Below, one piece after another: positions 38,032 through 49,500 of a stretch of DNA of 64,000 bases; position 1 is the stretch's first letter; the number at the start of each line of letters is the position of its first letter. The notes under the pieces were generated by a model. It was not told the DNA's origin. It worked only from the letters and a program-made list of their open reading frames with translations, and did not search any database. The stretch is from NCBI GenBank assembly GCA_024137785.1, contig JAHRHZ010000270.1:11720788-11784787 (forward strand). Reading direction: 5' to 3'. The translations under genes were made by a program, and so were the position numbers. Source of the DNA: Ginglymostoma cirratum. Lineage: Eukaryota.

Positions 38032-41000
38032 TTAAAAAGAAAACGAGAAGGAAATTATAAGGCATTACCTAAGATTGGACAAAATCCTGGTTAAAAACAA
38101 AATTTAAACTGCAAAGAGAATTCACTTAAAGGGTCTCTGCCAAACATTTCTGATGCGTGATTGATTCGTGCCCCATTAGTGATAAAGTGGCAATAAAACC
38201 ATTTTAAATTATAAAGCTAATAAAGCAAGTGTTCTATTTTAGTAATCTTTAAAAGGTGTGCTTGGATGTGCATAACAAATTTAAATGTATTCAGTGGCGT
38301 ATATACATGTCATTGAATGTGTACACATTGTGCATTTGCGTGCATAACGTATATTTGTTGATGCGTGCATGTGTGCATAACGCGTGTGTAAATGTGTGTT
38401 CATGCCTGTGTACGTATGTGCATTTGTGTTGCATAACAGAGAAAATGTTTTAGCTCTGTAATTTCCTTGCTAATGAAATTACAAATTAATCACTTACAAA
38501 GTGACCACTTCCAGCATGCAGCAAGCTTCTTGAGGGTGAAAAAAGATTTATTATTTAACACATTGTCAGACAGCAGTTTCATGATTTGTGACAATACGGA
38601 AAGGTCTAAGATCTTTAATGTCATAATTTATCTCTGCATTTTCATCACAATGGTTCAAGAGTAACAAATGCAATTTTCAATGTTATGCTAGTAGTTTTTT
38701 GTCTCTTATGAAGTTATGTAGGCAGATATTTTAAAAAATGAATAGTCACATCTAGTTGATCATGAAATGTTTTGCATTGAGCGCCTTAAATAAATAATAG
38801 GCATTTCAAAATTCTTAGCACTGTTATTTTGACTTAGCTTTAACTTTCAATCAGGCATTAGTTTCTTTTTGTTTTACGATGCTTCCATTAACTGTTATTT
38901 TTACTTTGTCATTATTTTATTTATATTTAATTTAAGATTTTAAGATGTCTAATGCATTTATTTCTTTTGCATGTTGTCAACCTTTCCAATATGTCAATCT
39001 ATGCTGCACATTTCTAACACAACAAAAATCGAATACCAAAAAGAATGATTCAAGGGGATACAGATTTGTGTGATAGCAGGAGGAAGATAAACTGCAAGTG
39101 CAAGAAAGGGAGAAAGAGAGAAAACGGAAAACAGCTAGCAAAGAAGTCAGGGAAGATGAAGAAAGAAAGTGTAATAAATGCAGAAGGAAAGTGAAAAGCA
39201 GCTTAGGTGAAGATGGAATGAAGAGGGTGAGTGCGGCCATGAAAAGGGGACGAGGCACACAGATCTTTCCAGATAAAGAGCATGGGGGAAAAAATCAGAA
39301 AGTCATAAAAGTCAGACAGAAAGCTTTTAATTTACTCATGCAGGTACAGTACTAACTGATGAACAGACTGATCGAAATGATTATGTTACTATTACCAAGT
39401 ACGTCAGGTATGGTAATATTACCACTATGACAGAAGTGACTGTGCCTCCGCGTAATTTATTGTTTTCAAGCCCTTTTCGATATTTCTGAGAGCTATAATA
39501 AGATGTCTTCTAAATGTAAGTTTTCCATGTCTGTTTTTTTTCGTAGGTTTGTAGAAGACACTACTTATGCCAATTGACTCTCAGGAGGTCATTTACTTGG
39601 CCTCAATTTCAGTGAATGTGGTGCAGTTTTTGTCTGTCAATTTATTAGAAATTTTGACAGAAATATCAAAAATAACACTGATACAATCTCTAGGGTCAAT
39701 GTACATAGTCTAATTCTGACAATTAACCCCAATAGCATCAGCATGTTCCTCTCTAAATACTAACTTAGTCTTAAAAAGGAAATGCATGTTCAGACAGTTC
39801 ACTTTTGTTTTGGAATGTTTCACTTACTTTCATAAATAAAACCGGGAAAATTGATCTGCCATTTCAGGGTGGGCCAAATAGACAGTTGCACCAATTAAAT
39901 GTAGAGAGTACAGTATCTTTGAGAAGCCTTTGCCAAGCGTAACATTATCGCGTATGTAATTTCGGCTTTAACTTGGTGTCTCAAAAGGAAACAATTTAAA
40001 TACTGAAATGGGATAGAAAAAGATTAACGTTGTTCTAATTATTAAAAATCCATAGTTAGAATCTGCAGTGGCCCATTCCTACATATTCCTGTTTCAGCCT
40101 CAAATCATTAGAGTAATGAATTTTATTCTGAGCATTAGCACCTCGACAAAAGTCCAGTGAAACATGTAAACAGCTTGTATGAAGGTTCAACCCGCATTGT
40201 CACTGGTTCATTGACCAATCTGTGGAAGTGTGGAATTACACGCTGACATCCCGCCTCGATTTCAACTATGGCCTGATCGCAGTTCGACTTGCCTGTAAAT
40301 ACAACTCTCTATTGAGTGAGGCGAATTGGAAAGCATGATGCCACATTAGTACTGCTTTTCCTACGCTCTAGATTTACACACTTTTTTTTAAAAAAAAGTT
40401 ATAGGACAGGAAGAAGTGAAGGAAACAGAGTACACGAAAAGAGATCGAGAATGGAGGGGACGCCTTACTATTCAGTTCCAAAGATCTAAAACTGGGCAGG
40501 AGCTGCAACTGGAGTGTTGTTCATTGGGGTTTTAAGAACCATGGAAATAGGGACTGTGGAAATTTCAATTCTGCCGGCATACGCCAAAAATATTCAGTTA
40601 CGCATGAACAGGATCAGAGGCCAATTCTCACGCACATAAACGTTTTAACTTGATACCCCCTTTTGTTTCTGGCATACTCTTCATATTCTGTACGTGCACC
40701 AGGAGCTTTTTACAGCGAATGTACTAGAGACGTTTAGAGTTGCCGCATACTTCTAATTTCTATAAATGTAAATTGTTCTCTGGATTCACTATCAAACATC
40801 AAGCCCACTTTCTATCCGATCCTGAACACCGAAAGAGTCAAAGTTAAAGGGAGTGGAATCAAGTGGAAAACCTAGTGAATAAGAAAGTGGGACATTGAAT
40901 GGAAAATAGTAGATGGATGAACAGAAAAATTAAAGAAACAAAAGGAAACAGTAACAGACTCCCCCCCCCCCCCCGTAAAATATGGACAAATTATTTCTGT

Positions 41001-42371
41001 GTATTATTTACATCCAACTGAGAGGCAAAATCATTACAATCCGTATCACCCTTTCCAACTTGCTTTTATTCTATTTTCGGGCAAGATTATTAATTTCCTG
41101 ACTGCGCACTCCTTCATTTCTGGCTCCTTCAACCCACGCTTTGATCTTTCGAGCTCTCCCTGGTTAATCACGTCAGACCTGCCGGATCAGGTCACCTCTG
41201 GTCAGTGTTCTCCCTCTCTCCCATTGATTTAATTCAAAATCTACTTTTTTTCTGGATCCTATGTGTTCTGTGAGATTGGCGGCGCTGTCGACAGCAATGT
41301 GGAGCCAATCTGTGCGACCGTCCAGAAGATCCTGTTGATCTCGGCCCATTAGTGCGCACTGGATTACTACCACGAATCACCCAAACCCGCGCAATCCAGA
41401 ACCAGTACCAAAAATATGAAACGAGCCTCTGTCCTTGGTACTGAACCTAATGGGTAGCTTCCAGTCGGGACAAAATGAGAGGGAGGAGAGTAGCGTCGAT
41501 GGAAACAGACACAGAAACTCGCAGAAAGGACTGGGAAAGGAATTAAGGGAGATCTCGAAAGATCAAAAGTTTGAGAGAAAGAGTGAGCGAAACAGTCAAA
41601 GCAGATGGGGGGAAAGGAGACAGATTGAGCCAAAGAGAGGCAGGTAGATAGAGAAACCGAGATAGGGGTAAGACAAACGTGAAAATGAATCAATGCAGAC
41701 TATCGTACGCACCTTCCCTTTCAAAACTAGGGGTTAAGCACTTGGACAACGGGTTAGAAAGACATTATTTGATAAGGTAGCTAATTACGATTACACAACG
41801 TACAATCAGCAATACAATTGTACGTAATGTTATATGGGAGTTACATTGACGCTAACAAAACCTGTGTTTTTTTTTCTCCCAGTTTTCTTTTGTTTGTTCC
41901 TGACGGTGGGAGCAGCTGTGAACCTCCACAAGGCGTTGAAACACCTCCAAGCCCTGAAGGCTGGTTAAAGGGACAACTCACCAAACAGAGACACCTTCAG
42001 GATGCTCTTTTTACTGACACAGTCCTAGCTTCTCAAAGCTAAACCAGGTGTCTGTTGGAAACACGGGCCTGAGCACACAAATCCGGACGACAACAGGAGC
42101 TGAGAGAGTCCATCAGAACAGCACAGGACATCTTTTCTGGCAGAGAGGGGGGAAAAAAACCATTCCTCATTCCAAAACGGGATATCATTGGCTGAATGTT
42201 TTCTCGCCACAACTCGCTCTCTATTTCGCTCATCCCTACGCTTTCTTTACTCTCACGGCTTCTTCCATCTCTTTGTCTCTACCCCTCTGGTCTTATTTTC
42301 CCAAGCTTCTCTTAGCTTTCTCAAATATCAAGGTCAGGTCTATTCTCTATGAAGCAATGCACAAGGTGTTC

Positions 42372-42555
42372 GGTATTAAAACAGAAAATGTTGGAAATAC
42401 TTAGCGGGTCTGGCAGCATCTGAAACAGAAACAGAGCTAACGTTTCAGAACTTTGAGCTTTCATCAGAAGCTGAAATGTTAACTCTGTTTCTCGCTCCAC
42501 AAATGCTGCGTGGCTTGCTAAGTGTTTCCAACATCTCTGGTACTTTGTTTTTGTA
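42372..42555. mobile_element. Old fold-back PLE-terminal element
   Basis: 42385-42448 is imperfectly inverted at 42471-42540. The minus strand at 42439-42468 reads CUGAUGA-AAGCUCAAAGUUCU-GAAACGUU. Confidence 0.75.
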
Positions 42556-45500
42556 TACCGGTTTCTGTATTACTGTTTGCAAATTGTCGACCTTAGGGAA
42601 ATAAATTGAGACCCCTGCCATGTAATGGGAGGTAGGTGTGGACACGGTATCCTTTGAAACTTCATAGCCCACTGACAGGTTCCAAAATGAAACAAATTAA
42701 CTCTGAATGATGACCTTTGAGAATCCCTCAGCTTGAAAATAAATAAGAAAACACGTTAGACACCCAACCATGTCGTAAGATTCCCAGCAAAACTGCTGGC
42801 TGTCCCAAACAAAGTGAGAAGTTTTTTTTAACGAAGCTTTAAACGGCGAGAGCGGTTTTGCATTGTTAAACAGCTCACCACAGTGCCCTTCACGCGAGAA
42901 GTAGATCAATAAATCAGCAGAGACTTCAGATAGAAGAGCAATGAGCGTTTAATTTCAAATAATGTGTCCGCCTAAACAGGCACCCTAGAAGCAAACGCAC
43001 TCACTGTTCTTGTTTTTGTGATATACCAATGGAGCGGACCTGCTGATCTGTTTCAGTGGAGGGTATATGACTGCAATAACAGCATCATGACTCTCTCTGT
43101 TGGACAGACCTTGCAGGGGAGAAATGCGGGAAAAACATGGGACTGGTGGCAACCGTGGTCTACTAGATGTGCTTAAAGCAAAGTCAGTGGGGACCAGAAT
43201 GATAATTCCTCCTTCACTACTCTCCGACCGGCCTTCTCTACTACATAAGCTTGTTTTTTTTTTCGTTTCTGTTTACGGTTTTTTTTTAACCTGCCTTCTC
43301 TTGAGCCTACGACTGTCGCTGGAGCCTGATCTGAGCTCACTATTATTGCTGATTCCGAACGGTAGAAGTTAGTGGCGGCGAAGCGCCGGGAATATCAGTG
43401 AATTGGTCGAGGTTTTATTCAAACGGATTACTTTTGCAGATGAACCGTGAAATTTGGCTACAAACATGTCAGGTTTTTATTAACACCGAAGGCAATCGGT
43501 GACTATTAGTTAATTATTAGATTAATTAGTAAAGACAGCTTTTCTAAAGTCGTGACAGATTCATTGAAATTAATAACTTAAATGAAGCTGATAGGAAATG
43601 TGAGGGAAGTCACAGCTATTGCGATGTTGTAATGATTTGTCAATGTAATTGGAATTCATTCTAGCGCCTGTGTTTAAACGCTCACAACACTCCATTGTAA
43701 CTAGGAACCATTACTGTTTAGAAGGCGTTTCGTTGTTCGTTTGCCCAACTTTCAACCGGGACATGATGTTCAAATAGGACGTGCAATTGAACTAACGCTT
43801 CACCAATTGTAAACTAATAATAAAAAAAAGAAAATGTACAAAAACACTTCGCGGTATAGTAGACATTGCAACCTGGCGTTAATAAGAACAGAAACTGACG
43901 CCTTCACCATGTGTGATGAACTATCCGGACTCTGATCTGCGATTGTAGTTTGGACCCAACGTAATTTATCATGAATTCCAAAAACGACTGGTGTAGTTTT
44001 CGACAAAATTTCGTTTATTTTGTCTAAAATTTAGCCATTTTATGACCAAAACATATTGCATTTTTGAACCCAAACTCCCAGCTGTCGAATGTTTGCTGTA
44101 TCCATTAATTTTAAACCTACGCGGTACTGAGGAAGGTTATTCCGGTTTGTTTTGGTGTTGGAAAAGAACGTCTCCTCGTGTGGTGGTTTACACGCCTGAA
44201 ATGTGGCGACCGGCGACTGAATCAGGCCTGCTTTCCTTAAACTGTGCTTGACCACGGTGAAGCAAATCTAAACACAGCCTGGAACACAACTATTTAGGGC
44301 TGAGTCCTCATCTCTAAGAGCAGGAACACGGAGAATCCCCGGGAATTGCATGGAACGTCTCCAAGTGTGTTGAGAAAAAAGGTTTCACTAAAGCCAATAA
44401 AAACTTTGTACATGTTCCCTAGTTCGACCGCTAGCAAAGTATCAAACAAAAGTTCATTTCCTGCCTGTGTTTGATACATATAACCGACACGGGTAATAAC
44501 GCCCCTCTTGTACCCCAGCCTCTATGTTCATACACATCTCATCGCTATTTTAAATCCCACGGTTACAATCCAATGAAAAGGGTTTCATCTATCCAAATCT
44601 CTCAGTCCCTCGCAGCTCCTATAATAATCGTATGGCAAACACTATATGATGATTATACTTCCATTTTTAAACGTCAGTTCTGACCGTTTTATTTTGTAAC
44701 ACAACTTGTGAGGCAGTTAATTTCCACAGGAATTAAGTCACCTTTATGTGTAAAGTGGACGATTATCCGTTACAAGATGCGTCGTCACAGATGTATTTGA
44801 AATATGAGTTGAATTTATCTACTTAAACTGTGACAGCCAGTGTGCAAACGAATTAGGAAGGGCCTTGTTTAGATTGACCCCTCTCGGTTGTGAATCTGTA
44901 TGAGCGTTTCCCTTTTGTAGATGCAAATATGCAGCGTTTAGCTGGTTGGTGTTCACGCGGGGCTGGGTGCCGCCTATATACATGTGTAAAGATATTTACA
45001 TTTGACACAGTTTCATATTAGTGCAGTTGGAACCCACTACAGAGTCCAGATAAAAATCTGTGTATATGTGTGACGTTTCAGCTTAGCATAGCCCGGTAGG
45101 TACACGGCTCTGAAACTTTTTTTTTTGCCCTTGTCCGTACTCTGTGTGGATACTGGTTGGTATAAAGGCATGACAGCGGTCAGGGCTAATATTTGAAGTA
45201 CGGGGGTAGAGTGTGCCAAGTGCCCAGACACAAAACAGAAAACTCTAGCCGCAACAAATAAAACCTGACAGACACCCATGCTGAAACAGTCACTGGTTTT
45301 CTGAGCGTTTATCTATGTACCTAGCAGGTGTTTACTGCCTGTACTGGAAGGAGCCACATACATTAAAGGATTATTTTGATTTCTTATAACCTAAGGATGT
45401 TTTCTGCATTATGCGTGCCTTTTATTAGCTGGGGTTTTGGTGAATCGTTTTCTGCTATTCTCTGATATCTGATTCTCTTAATTTAAGGATTACCTTGTTG

Positions 45501-45952
45501 TCATATCCTTTCTGATGGATTACCTGCAGGAAAGGCTTTGTCTGGGATATGTCGCTCTTGGATTATTTCTGCTCCTCATATCTGCAATGTTAGGTTTGAA
45601 TTACTACCGGTTCTCTTGCCTCTAACACTATTTCTCATTATCACTCACTTGGCTCTAAGATTGTTTCCAATATTACCATGAGTCTCTATCACAGAGTCCC
45701 ATGATCAATGTTTTCCAGTTTACACTGTCATTCTTGATTTATTTAGGCTTTTGAAACCTACTCGGAATTTTGGCTTTGAAACTCAACTTATTGACTCTAC
45801 GAGTTTACATTCGCTTATTATGTCCAATGCCATTTTATCTAAGTTAGGTTTTAAAGTCTATGCTGTGGATTTGTAATGGGTCAGTTTGGGCCCCGTTGTT
45901 ATACCAGACAGTGACTTTGGTCTGATATTTTCCTTTTTTTCCTGATTCTTAC

Positions 45953-46118
45953 CTGCCCAGAATCTTGCTGACGCAGCCGTGGCTCACCCGCAGCTGCCTG
46001 GAGATGTCACAGGGTCTCACCCCTTGATGGGCCAGCTCGACAATCCGCTGCCGGACAACATCGGGGAGAGGGCGACCATTGACAAAGACCCCTCCGAGCT
46101 GATTCACTCCGCCGTGCC
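45953..46118 (-). CDS. pax5: Pax5 exon 2, paired domain N-terminal part ([55 protein letters not shown])
   Basis: 166 bp. Polypyrimidine tract plus TACAG acceptor and AG|GTAAG donor. Classical Pax2/5/8 paired-box sequence. Confidence 0.98.
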
Positions 46119-48650
46119 CTGTATACAACATACAAAACAAGAAAGAGAGAGAAAAGAAACACTGCAGGCTCCACAGTAGAATTCCAATACCGAGTCTGCA
46201 TTTCCGAGCTCGGGTCTATTGGCAACGCGCAGGGCCCAAGCAGAAACATGGGCAGGAGAAGGAGTGACCTCCCCCCATCCCCCACCCCTACCAGCAGCAA
46301 ACCCCCCTCCACCCCCGCCCCCGCCCCCACCCCCACCCCCGCTCCGCCACCCCTGCCCTAAGTAGCTGTCTACTTGCATGGAAAGGTGGGGGAGGGGGAG
46401 ACTTGGGGAGGGAAGATACTGCAGGCACATCGGAGATTGAGGAGACCAGGAGGATGAGGGCACAAGGCAGTGTGTTTAAAAGAGGGGAACAGTTTCCAAA
46501 CGTGGCCCCAGTATTAGGCTGCACAGGAACACAGGGTGCCCGCAGCTTCCTGGTACACTCTTCATATCAGCAGATCACAGCCACGCACTCTCCGCCAGCA
46601 ACTGGACCTCCGGCTAGGAACAAGGATTTTATACCCCTGTGTATTGTGAGATGTCTATAATATGGACCCACACTAGCTTCAGTTAACAGCTTTATTTTTT
46701 AAAAAAGCAGAATGATTGTTGTTCTGAATTACAGACACATATGAGTCGTTCACTGAAAGCGAAAGTGATCCACTGAATTCGGAACAGAAAATGAGCCCCG
46801 TTCGGTGACACTTCAGCTTCCTGTGTGAAAAAAAGTGGTCGTTCGGAGATCTGTGGACGGATTTTAGTCGCCTTCACAACCTTGTAGGACCAAGACATGT
46901 TCCTAGTGAGTAATCGGCTGCAGCACAGCAAAGGGTTCCATTCTCAAACCGAATCTAACAGAATTGTTAGAGGTTTGCTAGACTTTTTGGATCAGTGTGT
47001 GGGTTATCTGTCCCGATGTGATGATACATTTCTACAAGTCTTTCAAGAAAACCGTTGGGAAAGTGAATGGGAAATCCTAACACGAAATTAGAGCGATTTT
47101 TTTTTCTCTCTAACAGCTCCAAATTGCATTCAAAGCAAATGGCATCTACAATCAAATAAAATAATACCCTTCCCTGACTACGACAAGTATTTGGTGAATG
47201 TCAATCGGTTACACAATTTTACTGTTGCAATACCTGGGAAGGAAAAATCGGCCTACTTTAATCTTTTTTTATGAGGCTGTTTCAGCCAGAGGAGACGAAA
47301 GTTAAAACGGGGACGGTCTAATACCTGCGATAGAGGGGTAATCGGCGCCGCGGGCTACTTAGCCTCTTCCAATGCCCTTTTTCCTGGTTTCAGCAATAAG
47401 TGAAATTAACGTTTTGCTAATGAGTCAGAAATGATACACTACTTCCTTTTTTTTTGTAAAGAATTGGCGTCTAATTTCACACCGTGGAGCAAGAAGATCG
47501 CGACTGTAAGGTCATTTGGTATTTTTTAAACATATACGTGCCGTCAGATTTCACGGGGGATCCGTTTAAATTTCTAAGTTTTATTTTGAGATTTTGGTCC
47601 ACTTTCCAAAACACGAGCCATGGTCATTTACTTTGGCAAATAAGTTTACGTCAAATTCAAAGTAGGAGAGGATAAATTCGGAATAGAATTGTAACAATCG
47701 CCCGACTTTTGAACGGTTTTCCTAAAATCGATATTGTTTGATTCGATCTGGAAGTTTGTGTGCGCGCTTTACTCCACATCACTATATAGCAACAATCTCA
47801 AATCGATTTTTTTTGGAGACGGCAGAAAAACTCCACCCTGTTTCATACTAAATAAACCTGGTCAACGAGGTGCGATTCCTCAACTGTGTTTAGTTCCCTC
47901 TACAATATGATTAGTTCGAGTTGATAAAGCATCTGTTTACAAGCAGTAGGTATAATAACTCTTAACACACCGTGATAGAATGTGTCATTTCATATAACAC
48001 CGACCAAATGGACAAATCCCAGCCAACTCTGTCAAGCGAAACTAACGTGCTGGAGATATTCTCCGTGGTCCACAACCTTCAGAAAGGACTTTCACTGCTC
48101 CATATCAACTTAATCTTCGCCGGTTAAGCACAAAAGTAATTGCAATCGAAAAGAGCAAAATTAAACAGTTACACGCCGACCTTATTTAATCTGTAGGTTA
48201 ATGCTCGCTAGCAAATTACTGGGAACTATTTTGTTTTGTTCACGAATTTTAATGAATCATCTATTGATGCGGCTGACTTTTACTAACGATGCTTGTGACA
48301 GAAAGCAACTATATCACATGCCCTTTGGTAGTAAAAGTACAAGCCTTTAAGATAGCATTGCAATTGTGCTGTCGCTTTCGATTTAACTGTGAGAATTCAG
48401 AAATCTTTGCATTAACTCGTTTTCTTTTATAATTCGGGAAAAACCGGAGGTGATATTAAAATGAACCTTGCACGTGTGACTCGATCGTGCCTTTCTGTTA
48501 AAAAAAATGAGTCCCTTTCAAAGATTTCGCATTGCTCCGGGTCTAGGAGTCACTGATCACCAGCTTCTGGATCCGGGTCTCCCAGCACTCCTTACACACT
48601 ATCGCTCACTAGGAACCGCCAGACAAGCAGGGAAGGAGCTGCCTACTTAC

Positions 48651-48693
48651 TATGCATTGCTGCAAACGGGTCGTGCTTACAGTGGATTTCCAT
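48651..48693 (-). CDS. pax5: Pax5 exon 1B, coding part (MEIHCKHDPFAAMH + phase-1 A)
   Basis: Minus strand reads ATG GAA ATC CAC TGT AAG CAC GAC CCG TTT GCA GCA ATG CAT A|GTAAGT. This matches the known Pax5 1B N-terminus MEIHCKHDPFA(S/A)MHR, and A+GG from exon 2 completes the Arg codon. Confidence 0.96.
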
Positions 48694-49059
48694 GAAAAGG
48701 CGCAGCCGGTCTTCAACTCGGAGAACACCTCGATTTCCTGGTCTGGATTTAACCCCTTCACCTATACTCCCAAAAACAAAAGAGGGGTGAACATCACCCC
48801 ACGCAAACCCAGAAGAAGGTCTCGATGCCAGCCACTAATTGCAGGTCCTACGTCTTTGTGATCCACAAGGTTTCGGACGGATTGTGCAAGGAACGTAAAA
48901 GTTAAGTTTGACAATTGCAATTCATTGCCCCCAAAAAAGAGATCCAATTGCTACCCAGTGACAGCAGTGAATTTTAACTTCGAAATCGTTCGAAACCGGA
49001 AAAAAATCCCTTTATGATTTCCAGCTTTTTTGGCGTTTTCCTATGCAATTTGTCCGCTG

Positions 49060-49500
49060 TGTGTGTGTGAAGGCGGGTTTCCCGTTTCCCCGGAGTGCGC
49101 TGGCCCCCTGCTCTGTATTCAGTGGCGCTCACTCTCCTCCATAGTGTTTAAATGTGCCTGAGCCCGCGGTGAGTCGCCCCAGGCTCCGCCCGCCGCTCTG
49201 CCCCCAGTCGCTGGCAATCACAACAGCGCCGACCAATCAGCGAACGTCCCTACACGCCAACAACCAGTCACGCTCAAGAGCCCAGTTGGTGGACCAATCC
49301 TCGCTCGAGGTGTGTGTCATCGCGTGCTGACACGCCCCCGTCTGGGAAAGACGGCAATTCATAGGCACGTCCGTTTGAACATTAACCAATCACCTGAACG
49401 CCTTCTCCAGGGAAGAGGCAGTCTCTTTGTTAATTGGTTAGTTCATGCACCACCTCGATTGGCTCATTCTGCTAAACTCTAGAGGCGGACCTCTTTATTC
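49060..49500 (-). promoter_or_regulatory. pax5: Probable TATA-less promoter of Pax5 exon 1B
   Basis: CpG/GC-rich block about 400-800 bp upstream of the 1B ATG. CCAAT at 49233, 49294 and 49386; ATTGG at 49433 and 49458; GC boxes CCGCCC (~49186) and CACGCCCC (~49331). The TSS is not determinable from sequence. Confidence 0.7.

Noticed and set aside
38977-39355. Lys/Glu/Arg-rich ORF
   Set aside because: Purine-rich low-complexity intron with no splice or homology support.
45953-46118. Identity as Pax2 or Pax8
   Set aside because: MEIHCKHDPF, AERVCD, QQPPNQ and YSISGILG…NKRKRDE are all Pax5-type. VVDKIADY differs from human Pax5 but does not outweigh these.
46007-46660. Overlapping Gly/Pro-rich ORFs
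   Set aside because: Artefacts of the low-complexity G/C tract.
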